The notes beneath the pieces were generated by a model. It was not told the DNA's origin. It saw only the letters and a list, made by a program, of their open reading frames with translations, and did not search any database. Made by a program: the position numbers and the translations under genes. This document shows positions 36,340-50,048 of a stretch of DNA of 64,000 nt, in pieces (the stretch's first letter is position 1; the number at the start of each line of letters is the position of its first letter). Source of the DNA: Mobula hypostoma (taxonomy: Eukaryota); assembly GCF_963921235.1 (NCBI RefSeq), contig NC_086097.1:253520001-253584000 (forward strand), written 5' to 3'.

Positions 36340-36920
36340 CCATAGAGTCATAGAGAACAGAAACAGGCCCATCAGCCCATCTAGTCCATGCTGAACGTTG
36401 AAATTGAGCTCACATGCACCACTTGTGCTGGCTGCTTGTTCCACACTCTCACCACCCTCTGAGTGAAGAACTTTCCTCTCCTGTTCCCGCAGACATGTCA
36501 ATGGTTCACTTTCACCCCTAAACCAAGTCTGTTTGCATTTACCCTATCTGTACCCCTCATAATTCTGTCTACCTCTGTCAAATCTCCCCTCAATCTTCTA
36601 CATTCCAAGGACTAGAAGCCTAACCTATTTAATCTTTCCTTAACTCAGGTCCTCTTGACCCAACAACATCCTTGTAATTTTCTCTGCACTTTTTCAACCA
36701 TATTTTCATCCTTCCTGTGTAAGTTCCATTTACTGTGTAAATCCTACCCTGGTTTGTTCTCTCAAAGTGCAACACCTCACACTTGAGTGAATTAAATTCC
36801 ATCCACCATTCTTCAGCCCATTTTCCCAGCTGGTCCAGATTCCACTGCAAGCCCTGGTAGCCTTCCTCACTGTCCACTACACCCCCAACTCAGTGTTATC
36901 TGCAAAGTTGCTGATTCAGT
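36340..36920 (-). mobile_element. Degraded CR1 fragment
   Basis: ORF 36629-36877 (WWMEFNSLKCEVLHF). Confidence 0.75.
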
Positions 36921-36960
36921 TAACCACATTACCACCCAGCCTGCTGATGTAGTTATACAT

Positions 36961-38909
36961 AATAAAGTGCCCACTAAGTGTATGTCTGTGGTCGTCTGCT
37001 GCTGTAGCCCATCCACTGTGTTCTTTGACATGTTCTGTGTTTGGAGATGCTCTTCTGCCCACCACTGTTGTACCACACGGTTATTTGAGTTACTGTCACC
37101 TCCCTGTTGGCATAATCAGGTTTAATATCGTCAGTGTGGCATGAAATTTGATGTTTTGCAACAGCAGTACGTTGCAACACATACTAGTAAAACTATAAAT
37201 TACAATAAGATTATATAAAAATAAACTAAATAATTAGTTCAGTAAGGTTGGGGGGAATACTGAGTATTCATGGGTTCATTGTCCATTCAGAAATCTGATG
37301 GCAGAGGGAAAGAATTTGTTCCTAGACCAGTCTGGCTACTCTCCTGATCTCCCTCACTAATGAGCCATTTTTGCCCACAAAGCTACTGCTCAATAGGAGT
37401 TGTTGTTTTTTTGAGTTTCCCACCATTCTCCGTAAACTCTAGAGACTGCTGTGCATGAAAATCCCAGGAGATCAGCAGTTCCTGAGATACTCAAACTACC
37501 CTGTCTGGCACCAATATTCATTCCACGGTCTAAGGCAGGGGTCCCCAACCTTTTTTTGCACTGCGGACCGGTTCATTATTGACAATATTCTTGTGGACCG
37601 GCTGACCCGGAGGAGTGGGGGGGGGGCGGTTGCCAACGGACAAGAGTAGCAGTCAAATACGTTGTGTTTACCCCGAGAAAGACTACAATGACCATGACGC
37701 CTTGCATGGGCACCAGTGCACATGCGTGATGTGCCGATTTTTTTCTACAAATCGTTTTCAACGATTCTGTTCGGCGGGGCGGGGTGTTAATCACGACCGG
37801 AATATAGGTGATAAGTGGCTAATACACTCAATTTCATTTCTAAAAGGGTTTATCTAAGGAATTTAATATTAAACACACAGTGCATATTTTCCTCGCATGA
37901 ATATAGTGATCAGTCAATTATCAGGGGAGGACAGGGGAGCTTGAAGTAAGTGTTGAACGAACTTCCAGTAGAAATGGTAGAGGCAGATTCAATATTACCA
38001 TTTAAAGAAAAATTGGATAGAAATATGGACAGGAAAGGAATGGAGGGTTGTGGGCTGAGTGAAGGTCGGTGGGACTAGGTGAGAGTAAGAGTTCGGCATG
38101 GACTAGAAGGGCCGAGATCGCCTGTTTCCGTGCTGTAATTGTTATATGGTTATATAAGTCACTTATAAGTCAATAGCATCATAACATTTTAAGTAACGTT
38201 TGGATATTAAACACACAGCACATATTTTCCCCGTATGAACATATAAAATCATTGCAACACACCAGTATCGCTGAATCAGTGGAGCCCTGGGCTTGTTTCC
38301 CTGCAACAAGACGGTGCCATCGAGCGGTGATGGGAGACAGCGATACTTGAAGGGGGTTCCTTATGTCCAGTCTATTCCGCAATTTAGTTTTCGTTGCATT
38401 CATTGCAGAGTTATGTTGGAAATGGAATCAACGTTTTCAGTGCTTTCGTGCCTATCTCAGGATATTTAGCCTTGACTTTGATCCGGAATGCCGGCAGAGA
38501 TGTTATGTCAAACATACTTTTCAGCCCATCGTCATTTGCAAGCTTGAGGAGTTGATCTCCTTCCCGCGCTGAGATGGATGATGCGCGGGTAATGACCTCG
38601 CGTGCGTTCAAGCTCAACAGTTTGTGAGATGGGGAATGAGGAAAGGTGCAGCTGACTCATATCGCCAGATCTTGTCATTTCCTCGCGGCCCGGTAGCACA
38701 TGCTTTGAAGCCCGGTACCGGTCCGCAGCCCGGTGGTTGGGGACCACTGGTCTAAGTCACTTCGATCACGTTTCTTTCCCATTCTGATCAACAACTGAAC
38801 CTCTTGACCATGTTTGCATGCTTTTATGTATTGACTTGCTGCCACGTGATTGACTGATTAGATATTTGCATTGATGAGCGGATGTACTGGTGTACCTGGC
38901 CACTGAGAG
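36961..38909 (-). mobile_element. Tc1 deletion derivative, copy 3, interrupted by a LINE tail (~37112-37325) and hAT copy 2
   Basis: TVTQIT...MGYSSRRP remnant; colinear pieces either side of the insertions; TIR remnant ggccactgagagta. Confidence 0.8.
37536..38749 (-). mobile_element. hAT (Buster/Charlie-type) composite element, copy 2
   Basis: TIRs caggggtccccaacc / ggttggggaccactg; TSD gtctaagg / gtctaagt; ORFs 38179-38403 and 38411-38617 are transposase C-terminal remnants. Confidence 0.93.
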
Positions 38910-39884
38910 TAATTCAGTAATGCTCAGTTATGTGAATGCATGCATTGAAAAGTTCTGGTTCTGTATATAATATCTTTAAGGGACCTTTGCCAAACTGCCT
39001 TGATGTTCATTTTCTTGCGTACATTTACAGGAAGATAAAGAAAACAAATCTGAATGTGAATGTCTTGTGTCAAAGTGCCTTGAACTGCTGTCTGTGCCTG
39101 AGATATCTCATTGATGTGGCTGGTAACTGTGAATGCTGATTTTCCAAGAAGTTTCTGACAGAGTTCAAAGTAAATTTATTGTCAAAGTACATGTATGTCA
39201 CTATATACACCCATTTACTTGCGGGCATACTCAATAAATCCAAAATAGAATAATGACAACAAAGTCAATAAAATACCACACCAATCCAGGCGTTCAACCA
39301 GTGTGCAAAAGATAACAAACTATGCAAATACAGAAAGAAGGAAATAATAATAAATAAATAAATAAATAATAAATATCGAGAACAGGAGATGAAGAGTCCT
39401 TGAAAGTGAGTCCGTAGGTTGTGTGAACAGTTCAGTGACGGGGCAAGTGAAGTTAAGGTCGAGGAGCTGCTGTGCTTTCTTTGTATGGCACTCATGTGCC
39501 GGGCTGGGGACAGATCCTCTGAAATGGTAACACCGAGGAACTTGAAGTTGCTGGCCCTCTCCACCTGTGAGGTCTGGCTCATGGACTTGTGCTTTCCTTC
39601 TCCTGAAGTCAATAATCTGCTCGTTATTGAGTAAAAAGTTTTGGCATCACTCAACCAGATTTCCAGTCTCCCTCCTTATATGCTGATTGGTCACCACGTG
39701 TGATTTGGCCAACAACAGTGGTGTCATCAGCGAGCTTGAATATCAGCGAGCTTGAATATCATGTTGGAGCTGTGCTTAGCCTCACAGTTGTAGGTGTAAA
39801 GCGAGTGGGGTGGGGGATTAGCACACAGCCCTGTGGTGCTCTGGTGCTGATGGAGATGTTGTTGCCAATCTGAACTGACGGGGG

Positions 39885-41750
39885 TCTGCATTGTGGGAAA
39901 GGCGGATGAGCTCAGAGCGTTGATCAACACCTAGAATTATGACGTTGTAGCCATTGGTGAGATTTGGTTGCGGGAGGGGTAGGACTGGCAGCTCAGTATT
40001 CTGAGGTTCTGTTAGTTTAGACGTGACAGAGCGGGAGGGATTAAGTGAGGAGGGGTGGTGTTACTAGTCAGGGAAAGTGTCACGGTACTGCTGAGAGAAC
40101 AGACTGGAGAACTCTAGTGAGGTGTTATGGGTGGAATTGAGAAATTAGAAAGGTATGAGCACGTTAATGGGGCTATATTACAGACCAACCAATAGTCCTA
40201 GGGATTTAGAGGAACCAGTTTGTAAAGAGATCGCAGACTGTTGTAAGAAACATAAGGTTGGTGTAGCAGGTGATTTTAACTATCCACATATTGACTGGGA
40301 GTCCCACACTGTAAAAAGACTAGATGGGATAGAGTTTGTCAAATGTGGTCAGGAAAGTTTCCTTCATCAGTACAGAGAAGTCTCAATGAGAGAGTGCGCA
40401 ATATGGATCTGCTGTTAGGGAATGAGACGGGGCTGGTGACAGAAGTTTGTGTAGGGGAACACTGCATCCATTGACCACAATGCCGTTTGTTTCAAAGCAC
40501 GTATGCGAAGAGATAGGTCTGGTCCATGGGTTGAGGTTTTAAATTGGAGAAAGGCCAATGTTGATGATATCAGAAAAGATCTGGCAAGCGTGGATTGGGA
40601 CTGGCTGTTTTCCAGCAAAGGTGTACTTGGAAGGTGGGAGGCCTTCAAAACCTAAAATTTGAGAATACAAAGCTTATATGAGCCTGTTAGGTGTTAAGGT
40701 AAGAGGTAAAGATAACGTGTAGGAAACCTTGGTTTTCAAGAGAAATTCAGGCCCTGGTTAATGGATAAAATGAGATGCATAGCAGGTATAGGCAGGTAGG
40801 AACAAATGAGGTGCTTATGGAGTATAGGTAATACAAAAGAACACAAGAAAGAAATCAGAAGAACTAAAAGAAGGCATGAAGTTGCTCGAGCAGACAAGAT
40901 GAAGGAGAATCCCAAGGGAATTTACAGATATGTTCAAAGCAAAAGGATTGCAAGGGACAAAATTGATTTTCTGGAGTTTCATGTGTGAAGCCAAAACAGA
41001 TGAGGGGCATTTTAAATGATTTTTTTTGTACCTGTATTTACTCGGGAGACAGATGCAGAGTATAGAAGTGAGGCAAAGTGGCATCAACTTCATGGACCCT
41101 GTACAGTTTACAGGAGGAGGTGTTTGCTACCCTGAGGCTAATCAGGGTGGATAAATCCCCAGGGCCTGACCAGGTGTTCCCTCGGACCCTATGGGAGGCA
41201 AGTGTAGAAATTGCTGGGGCCCTAGCAGAGATATTTAAATCATCCTTAGTGACTGGAGAGGTACTAAAGGATTAGTTAATAGCTAATGTTGTTCTGTTGT
41301 TTAAAAAAGTTTCTAAACATAAACTAGGAAATTACAGGCTGGCGAGTTTGACATCAGTTGCAGGTATAAATGACCGGATATATAAGTATTTGGATAGACA
41401 TGGACTGATTAAAGATAGTCAGCATGGCTTCATGCGTGGTAGGTCGTGTCTAATCAATCTTTCAGAGTTTTTCCAGGAAGTCAGGAAAATGGGTGAAGGT
41501 AAGGCAGTGGATGTTGTGTACATGGACTTCAGCAAGGCATTGGACAAGGTCCCGCATGGAAGGTTGGCCAAGAAAGTTCAGTGACTTTGCATTCAGGATG
41601 AGATATAAATTGGATTAGGTTTTGTGTGAGAAGCTAGAGAGTGGTTGGTTCTTTGACCGGAGGCTGGTGACTAGCGGTGTGTCACAGGCATTGGTGCTCT
41701 TTCCTTTGTTGGTTGTCATCTATATCAATGATCAGGATGATAACGTGGTT
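39885..41750 (+). mobile_element. Degraded CR1 ORF2 (endonuclease to RT)
   Basis: YYRP, GDFNYP, KSPGPD, SQHGF, YMDFSKALDKV across frameshifted ORFs. Confidence 0.88.
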
Positions 41751-43096
41751 AAGAATCGGGATCGGGACAAGAAGAGCGGCGTGGGAGCTGAATTCTGAAG
41801 GAAGGCAGTTTTTTAAATGCGTTGGTCTGATCTGGAAGGGAAGCCCTGCTGTCTCCAATGTCACCTGATATAATTTATAAGAGGTGATAGTATTCAAGTT
41901 TAGTCTGGAATTGCCACTTCACCTGTGAGGTGGCTTTCCAGAGATCGTATCTGTTCCAGAACAGATGCTAATATTTCAGGTGCACCCGCATTGGTCTGAG
42001 GTGAAGTCTGACGGAAGGTTGTGCTGTTTGCAATGTAAGATGTTTTGGTTTGCAAGGATGTTGGTTATGTCATGGTAGATTTCATCCTTTTGGAATGAAA
42101 GAGAGAGATTCAATCTGGAGTTTGAAGGTTCCCATTATTTTTGATAATCTGATAACCAAGAGTGTCACATTTATTGCAACACTGGAGTAAACAGTTTGAA
42201 GATTGTGTATAAATTATTCAAGGTCAAGTTCAGTTCATTGTCATTCCACCATGCACATTTATCTCGCCAAATGAAACAAGATCGAGGTGTACAACACAAT
42301 ACATGCTGTATAGCACACACACGCTCTACACATCATGTAATATTAGCACAAGTAAATTCACAAATAATAAGTAAACAATGGAACACTACTGATGCTTCAT
42401 AGGTGATGAGATGTGGGTGGTGGCAGGGAGTTCGGTTGTCTCACGGCCCGGGGAGAGACGCTGTTTCCCATTCTAAGATCTCTTGTCCGAAAGCTGCTGT
42501 CAGGGGGTCATAGAGAGTGTGGGATGGATGGGAGGGACCTTTGACAATGTGTACACAGCACTCCCGATAAATATCTCTGATGGGTAGAATGGAGACCCAA
42601 TGATCTTCTCAGCAGTCCTCGTAGTCCTGTGTGGGGTCCTGAGGTCAGATGCCTTGCAATTCCCATGGCAGTCAGTGATGCAGCTGGCCAGGGAACTCTC
42701 GATGGTGCTCCTTTGTTGCAGGATCAGGGAAAATAATACAGTACATCTTGTTTCTCCTGAACTGAGTTGGTGGAAATATTTCGGAGGGAATGATGTCTCA
42801 TTTGCTCCGTGGCCTCTGGCAACAGAATGTCTGGCAGATCTGAGGACAAGTCAAAGTTCAAAGTAAAATTTATTATCAGAGTATTAACATGTCACCACAT
42901 TCAACCCAGAGACACTCTTTCTGCAAGCATACTTAGCAAATCTATAGAACAGTAATTGTAAACTGTAAATGTCAAAAACTACAAATTGTAAACATACTGT
43001 GCAAATGCAGATATAAACAAATATCAATAAATAATGAGTGTGAAATAACAAGATGACATCCATCAATATAACCGAGTCCTTAAATGAATGTAATTA

Positions 43097-43408
43097 ACAT
43101 AGAAACATAGAAAACCTTCAGCACAATAAAGGCCCTTTGGCCCACAAAGCTGTGCCGAACATGTTCTTACCTTAGAAGTTACCCAGGCTTACTCATACCC
43201 TCTATTCTTCTGGCTCCATGTACCTGTCCAGGAGTTTCTTAAAGGACCCTATCGTATCTGCCTCCACCACCGTCGCCGGCAGCCCATTCCACGCACTCAC
43301 CACTCTCTGCGTAAAAAAAAAAACTTACCTCTGACATCTCCTCTGTACCTACTTGCAAGCACCTTAAAACTATGCCCTCTCGTGTTAGCCATTTCAACCC
43401 TGGGGTAA
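43097..43408 (-). mobile_element. CR1 3' end
   Basis: (TTTCTATG) tail; TRGHSFKV. Confidence 0.8.
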
Positions 43409-43409
43409 A

Positions 43410-44625
43410 CATTGGTGTTCTCGTACCGGGTTGTAATGCAGCCAGCCAGCACACTCTCTACCACACACCTATAGAACTGGCCAAGGTGTTTGATGCTATG
43501 CAGGCTGCTGAGAAAGTAGAGGCACTGATGTGCTTTCTTTATGTTGGGTTCAGGACAGGTTTCCTGACATAGTGACACCCAGGAATTTAAAGTTACTGAC
43601 CCTCTCCATCTCTCATTCTCTGATAATTACTGGCTCATGGACCTCTGGTTTCCTTCTCCTGAAATCTACAATCAGTTTCTCGGTCTGACTGACATTGAGT
43701 GAGAGGTTGTTGTTATTACACCATTTGGCAAAATTTGCAGTCTCTCCTGTATGCTGATTCATCACCACCTTTGATACACCCACAACAGTGGTGGCGTCAG
43801 CAAACTTGTATGTATATGATGTTGGAGCTGTACGTAGCCACACAGTCACAGGGGTAAAGTGAGGAGAGCAGGGGATAAGCACACATCCCTGCCGTGCTCC
43901 TGTGCTGATGGAGATTGTGGAGACGAACTGACTGGGGTTTACAAATGATGAATTCCAATTGCACAAGGCGTAAAGTTTACTGATTGAGGCCCAAGCCATG
44001 AAGTTTACTGATTAATTTTGAGGGGATGATGGTATTAAATGCCGAGTTGTAATTGATAAAGAGCATCCTGATGTATGTATCTTTGCTGCCCAGATGCTCC
44101 AGGGTTGTGTGAAGAGCCAATGAGATGACATCTGCTGTAGACCTGTTGCTTCAGTAGGGGAATTGGAGCAGATCCAAGTCGCCACTCAGACAGGAGCTGA
44201 TATGTTTCAACACCAGCCTCTCAAAACACTTCATCACCGTGGATGGAAGTGCCACTGAGCGATAATCATTTAGACAGGATACCACACTACTCTTGGGCAC
44301 TGGTATGATTGAAGCAGGTGGTTGCCACACACTGCCAGAGCGAGAGGCTGAAGATATCCTTGAATACATGAGCCATTTGATTGGCACAGGTCTTCAGTAC
44401 TTGGCCAGGTATCCACCCGGACCGGATGCTTTGCTTGGATTCATTCTCTTGAAGGGAGCTCACACGTTACCTTCAGATACTGAGGCCAAAAGACCATTTG
44501 GAGACATGGGGGTGTATGATAGTTCCTCCCTGTTCTGGTAGTCAAAGCGAGTGTGGAAGGCATTCAGCTCATCTGGAAGTGAAGCTCTGCTGTCCCCACG
44601 TCACCTGATTTAGCTTTGTAGGAGG
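43410..44625 (-). mobile_element. Degraded Rex1/Babar-type RT fragments
   Basis: [39 protein letters not shown]. Confidence 0.85.
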
Positions 44626-45068
44626 TTATACATGGAAGAGGAATTTTGGACAGGTACGTGGATGGGAGGGGTATGGAGGGTGGTGTGGTCCAGGCGCAGA
44701 CAGATAAATAGTTCAGTATGGAATCGATGGGCCGAATGGCATGCTTCTCACTGTAGCATTCTATGGCGAATCAGGTTCTGATTCTGTTTTGGCCTGAAAC
44801 ATCACCTGTTTATTCCTTTCCATAGATGCCACTTGACCTGCTGAGTTCCTCCAGCATTCTGTGTGCGTTGCTCTGGATTTCCATCATCTGCAGAATCTCT
44901 TGTGCTTATGATTTTGAGCCCGGTGGTTCTGGCATGAATCAGAATCAGGTTTAATATCACTAAACCAGGTTGTGAGATTTTTTGCTTTGCAGCAGCAGTA
45001 CAGTGCATGCATCATAAAAATTACTATAAGAAATAAAAAGAATAAGTAGTGCAAAAATAGAGCAAAAG

Positions 45069-45615
45069 TGTTGTTGTTCATCCATCGTCACCGTTGATGA
45101 GGACCTCGACACCATTATGATGGTGTCGAGACTAGCGCGTGATTTGGATTTAAGTGAGGGAGAGTTGCACAGCGTCAGCCTCACTCTCTCTTCCCAATTC
45201 CCATCTGGATCCAGTGGCAAGACAGAGTCTAGACGGCTGGAGATGGGACTAGGCGCAGTGGATGACCAGGACGTCTTCTGTGTCTTGTCCTGCTCTGCAT
45301 GTTCCACGACGCTTGCAGAGACCGCCTTCTTGACCGTTGGACCTTCCATTGGTCTCGTCCACTCAATCCGCCGGAGTCTGTCTTCACATGCTGGGATAGA
45401 CAACTCCCTATCTCACCGAGGGTTTGAGAGCCGTCGGCTACCCTCACCTGGTTTAGCCTGGGGCGTGGCGGCTGTCGCATGCAGATAGCTACGGGGAGCC
45501 ACAGGTGAGAGCTGAGTGCCAGGTGGGGACCAAAGGTGGACTAACCGCCCTGAAAAGGACGCGACATGTTCCCCCACCAGAGGTGCTACCCCTCCCTGAT
45601 ATCCCATACACCCCT
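45069..45615 (-). mobile_element. Complete non-autonomous retroelement, 547 bp, (CAA)n tail, 11-bp TSD
   Basis: TAGAGCAAAAG at 45058-45068 and 45616-45626; tgttgttgtt at the left end; inserted in a LINE tail; no tRNA A/B boxes seen. Confidence 0.88.
45443..45614 (-). ncRNA. Predicted HDV-like self-cleaving ribozyme (variant)
   Basis: P1 GGGGUGU/ACGCCCC; P2 CUCACCUGU/ACCAGGUGAG; P3 GGC/GCC; L3 UCCCCGU plus inserted hairpin; GCUAA as J4/2; G1 is at the element 5' end. Confidence 0.6.
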
Positions 45616-46804
45616 TAGAGCAAAAGCAGTGAGGGAGTGTTTGTGGGTTCATGGACTGTTCTGATGGTAGAGGGGAAGAAGTTGTTCCTGAAATGAGTGT
45701 GTCTTCAGCTCCTGTACCTCCTCCCTGATGGTAGCAAAGTTCAAAATAAATTTATTATCAGTTACCATATACAACCCTGAGATTCATTTTGTTGCTGGCA
45801 TTCACAGTAAATAGAAAGAAACAGCAGAATCAATGGAAACCCCACAAAGCAAAGACGAACAAAGAACCAATGTGTGAAAGACAACAAACTGTGCAAAGAA
45901 AACAGGAAAAAAAGTACTGTAAATAAGCAATAAATATCAGAACATGCCATGAAGAGTTTGTGAAAGGGAGTCCATAGACTGTGGAATCAGTTCCGTATTG
46001 AGGTGAATGAAGTTATGCACACTGGTTCAAGAGCCTGATGTGGGACCTGAGGCTCCTGCGTCTTCTCCCCAGTGGCAGCAGTTGGAGGAGAGCATGTCCT
46101 GTCTGGATGTGGTCCGTGATGGTGGATAGTAAATCAGACATGGCAGAGCAGACTTGATGGGCAGAACGATCTAATTTTGCTCCTATATCTTAATGACGTC
46201 TTCTTGAGGCATCACCTATTGAGAATGGCCACGGTGGTGGGAATGAATTGGTGGTGCTCTTTATTACTGTACACAAACACGCTTTAATAACATTTACCAG
46301 TACTTAGAGGAAATCATTTTGGATCAGCGTGTAGGCTGGTATATTTACTTTCCAGTGAAATACTATTACTGTCACTTAATAACAATAACAATATTGCAGC
46401 TAATTCATAAAACCATAAGACAGAGGAACAGGATAAGGCTATTTGGCCTTCGAGTCTGCTCCACCATTCCATCATGGCTGATTTATTATCCCTCTCAACC
46501 CCACTCTCCTGCCTTCTCCCTGTAACCTTTGACACCCTGACTAATCAAGAACCTATCAACCTCCACTTTGATTATACTCAATAACTTGGCATCCACACCC
46601 ATCTGTGGCCATAGATTCACCACTCTCTTGCTACAGATTCACCAACATTTGGCTAAAGAAATTTCCCCATGTCTCTGTTTTAACTGGATACTCATCCATC
46701 CTGGGGCTGTGCCCTCTTGTCCCAGACTCCCCCACCATGGGAAACGTCCTTTCCACATTACTCTGTCCAGGCCTTTCAACATTCAAAAGGTTTCAGTGAG
46801 GTTT

Positions 46805-47246
46805 GGAATTGAATTGACTTTATTTCTTACATCCTTCACATACATGAGAAGTAAAAATCTTTACCTTATGTCTCAGTCTACATGTGCAATGTGTAATCAT
46901 AGTAATTTATAATAATTCACAATAAATAGAACAGTCAATGTAACATAGAATTAATCAGTCTGATGTCCTGGTGGAAGAAGCTGTCCCATACTCTGTTGGT
47001 CCTGGCTTTTATGCTGCGGTACCGTTTCCCGGATGGTAACAGCTGGAATAGATTGTGGTTGGGATGACTTGGGTCTCCAAATGATCCTATGGGCCCTTTT
47101 TGCACACCTGTCCTTGTAAATGTCCTGAATCATGGGAAGTTCACAACTGCAGATGTCTGCACCACTCTGCAGAATTCTGCAATTAAGGGACGTACATTTC
47201 CCGAAGCACGCGAGTGATGCAACCAGTCAGGATACTCTCAATTGTG
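46805..47246 (-). mobile_element. Rex1-type 3' end, same family as 29735-30786
   Basis: Reverse-complement similarity to 30320-30786. Confidence 0.8.
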
Positions 47247-47559
47247 CCCCCTCATCCTTCTAAATTCCAGCAAGTACAGACCCAGAGCCATCAAACATTC
47301 CTGATATGATAACCTTTTCATCCTTAGAATCATTCTTCTGAACCTCCTGTGAACCCTCTCCAATGTCAGCACATCCTTTCTTAGATGAGGAACCCAAAAC
47401 TGGTCACAATACTCAAGGTGAGGCCTCACCAGTGCCTTATGAAGCCTCAACACCACATCCTTGCTCTTGTATTCTAGACCTCTTGAAATGAATGCTAACA
47501 TGACATTTACCTTCCTCATCACTGACTCAACTTGCAAGTTAACCTTCAGGGTGTTCTAC

Positions 47560-47965
47560 ACTCAAAAACTTCTATAGTTGTACCGTGGAGAGCATTCTGA
47601 CAGGCTGCATCACTGTCTGGTATGGAGGGGCTACTGCACAGGATCGAAAGAAGCTGCAGAGGGTTGTAAATCTAGCCAGCTCCATCTTGGGTACTAACCT
47701 ACAAAGTACCCAGGACATCTTCAGGGAGCGGTGTCTCAGAGAGGCAGTGTCCAATATTAACGACCTCCAGCACCCAGGGCATGCCCTTTTCTCACTGTTA
47801 CCATCAGGCAGGACATACAGAAGCCTGAAAGCACACACTCAGCGATTCAGGAACAGCTTCTTCCCCTCTGCCATCCGATTCCTAAATGGACATTGAACCC
47901 ATGAACACTACCTCACTTTTTTTTAATATACAGTTTCTGTTTTTGCACATTTTTAAAAAATCTAT
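47560..47965 (+). mobile_element. Rex1-type 3' fragment
   Basis: ORF 47585-47896 ESILTGCITVWYG...LLPSGR...RNSFFP. Confidence 0.85.
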
Positions 47966-47967
47966 TC

Positions 47968-50048
47968 ATAGAAACATAGAAAATAGGTGCAGGAGTAGGC
48001 CATTCGGCCCTTCAAGCCTGCACCGCCATTTATTATGATCATGGCTGATCCTCCAACTCAGAACCCCGCCCCAGCCTTCCCTCCATACCCCCTGATCCCC
48101 GTAGCCACAAGGGCCATATCTAACTCCCTCTTAAATATAGCCAATGAACTGGCCTCAACTGTTTCCTGTGGCAGAGAATTCCACAGATTCACCACTCTCT
48201 GTGTGAAGAAGTTTTTCCTAATCTCGGTCCTAAAAGGCTTCCCCTTTATCCTCAAACTGTGACCCCTTGTTCTGGACTTCCCCAACATCGGGAACAATCT
48301 TCCTGCATCTAGCCTGTCCAATCCCTTTAGGATTTTATACGTTTCAATCAGATCCCCCCTCAATCTTCTAAATTCCAACGAGTACAAGCCCAGTTCATCC
48401 AGTCTTTCTTCATATGAAAGTCCTGCCATCCCAGGAATCAATCTGGTGAACCTTCGTTGTACTCCCTCTATGGCAAGGATGTCTTTCCTCAGATTAGGGG
48501 ACGAAAACTGCACACAATACTCCAGGTGTGGTCTCACCAAGGCCTTGTACAACTGCAGTAGTACCTCCCTGCTCCTGTACTCGAATCCTCTTGCTATAAA
48601 TGCCAGCATACCATTCGCCTTTTTCACCGCCTGCTGTACCTGCATGCCCACTTTCAATGACTGGTGTATAATGACACCCAGGTCTCGTTGCACCTCCCCT
48701 TTTCCTAATCGGCCACCATTCAGATAATAATCTGTTTTCCTGTTTTTGCCACTAAAGTGGATAACTTCACATTTATCCACATTAAATTGCATCTGCCATG
48801 AATTTGCCCACTCACCCAACCTATCCAAGTCACTCTGCATCCTCTTAGCATCCTCCTCACAGCTAACACTGCCACCCAGCTTCGTGTCATCTGCAAACTT
48901 GGAGATGCTGCATTTAATTCCCTCATCCAAGTCATTAATATATATTGTAAACAACTGGGGTCCCAGCACTGAGCCTTGCGGTACCCCACTAGTCACTGCC
49001 TGCCATTCTGAAAAGGTCCCGTTTATTCCCACTCTTTGCTTCCTGTCTGCTAACCAATTCTCCATCCACACCAATACCTTACCCCCGATACCGTGTGCTT
49101 TAAGTTTGCACACTAATCTCCTGTGTGGGACCTTGTCAAAAGCCTTTTGAAAATCCAAATATACCATATCCACTGGTTCTCCCCTATCCACTCTACTGGT
49201 TACATCCTCAAAAAATTCTATGAGATTCGTCAGACATGATTTTCCTTTCACAAATCCATGCTGACTTTGTCCGATGATTTCACCGCTTTCCAAATGTGCT
49301 GTTATCACATCTTTGATAACTGACTCCAGCACTTTCCCCACCACCGACGTTAGGCTAACCGGTCTATAATTCCCCGGTTTCTCTCTCCCTCCTTTTTTAA
49401 AAAGTGGGGTTACATTAGCCACCCTCCAATCCTCAGGGACTAGTCCAGAATCTAACGAGTTTTGAAAAATTATCACTAATGCATCCACTATTTCTTGGGC
49501 TACTTCCTTAAGCACTCTAGGATGCAGACCATCTGGCCCTGGGGATTTATCTGCCTTCAATCCCTTCAATTTACCTAACACCACTTCCCTACTAACATGT
49601 ATTTCGCTCAGTTCCTCCATCTCACTGGACCCTCTGTCCCTTACTATTTCTGGAAGATTATTTATGTCCTCCTTAGTGAAGACAGAACCAAAGTAATTAT
49701 TCAATTGGTCTGCCATGTCCTTGCTCCCCATAATCAATTCACCTGTTTCTGTCTGTAGGGGACCTACATTTGTCTTTACCAGTCTTTTCCTTTTTACATA
49801 TCTATAAAAGCTTTTACAGTCCGTTTTTATGTTCCCTGCCAGTTTTCTCTCATTATCTTTTTTCCCCTTCCTAATTAAGCCCTTTGTCCTCCTCTGCTGA
49901 GCTCTGAATTTCTCCCAGTCCTCAGGTGACCCACTTTCTCTGGCTAATTTGTATGCTACTTCTTTGGAATTGATACTATCCCTAATTTCTCTTGTCAGGC
50001 ACGGGTGCACTACCTTCCTTGATTTATTCTTTTGCCAAACTGGAATGA
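47968..50048 (-). mobile_element. Young 5'-truncated CR1 LINE
   Basis: (TTTCTATG) tail; 2-kb stop-free ORF2 segment. Confidence 0.96.

Noticed and set aside
44960..45488. 147-aa and 123-aa ORFs in the 547-bp element
   Set aside because: Overlapping on opposite strands in GC-rich DNA, one crosses the element boundary, and no domain motifs are recognisable.
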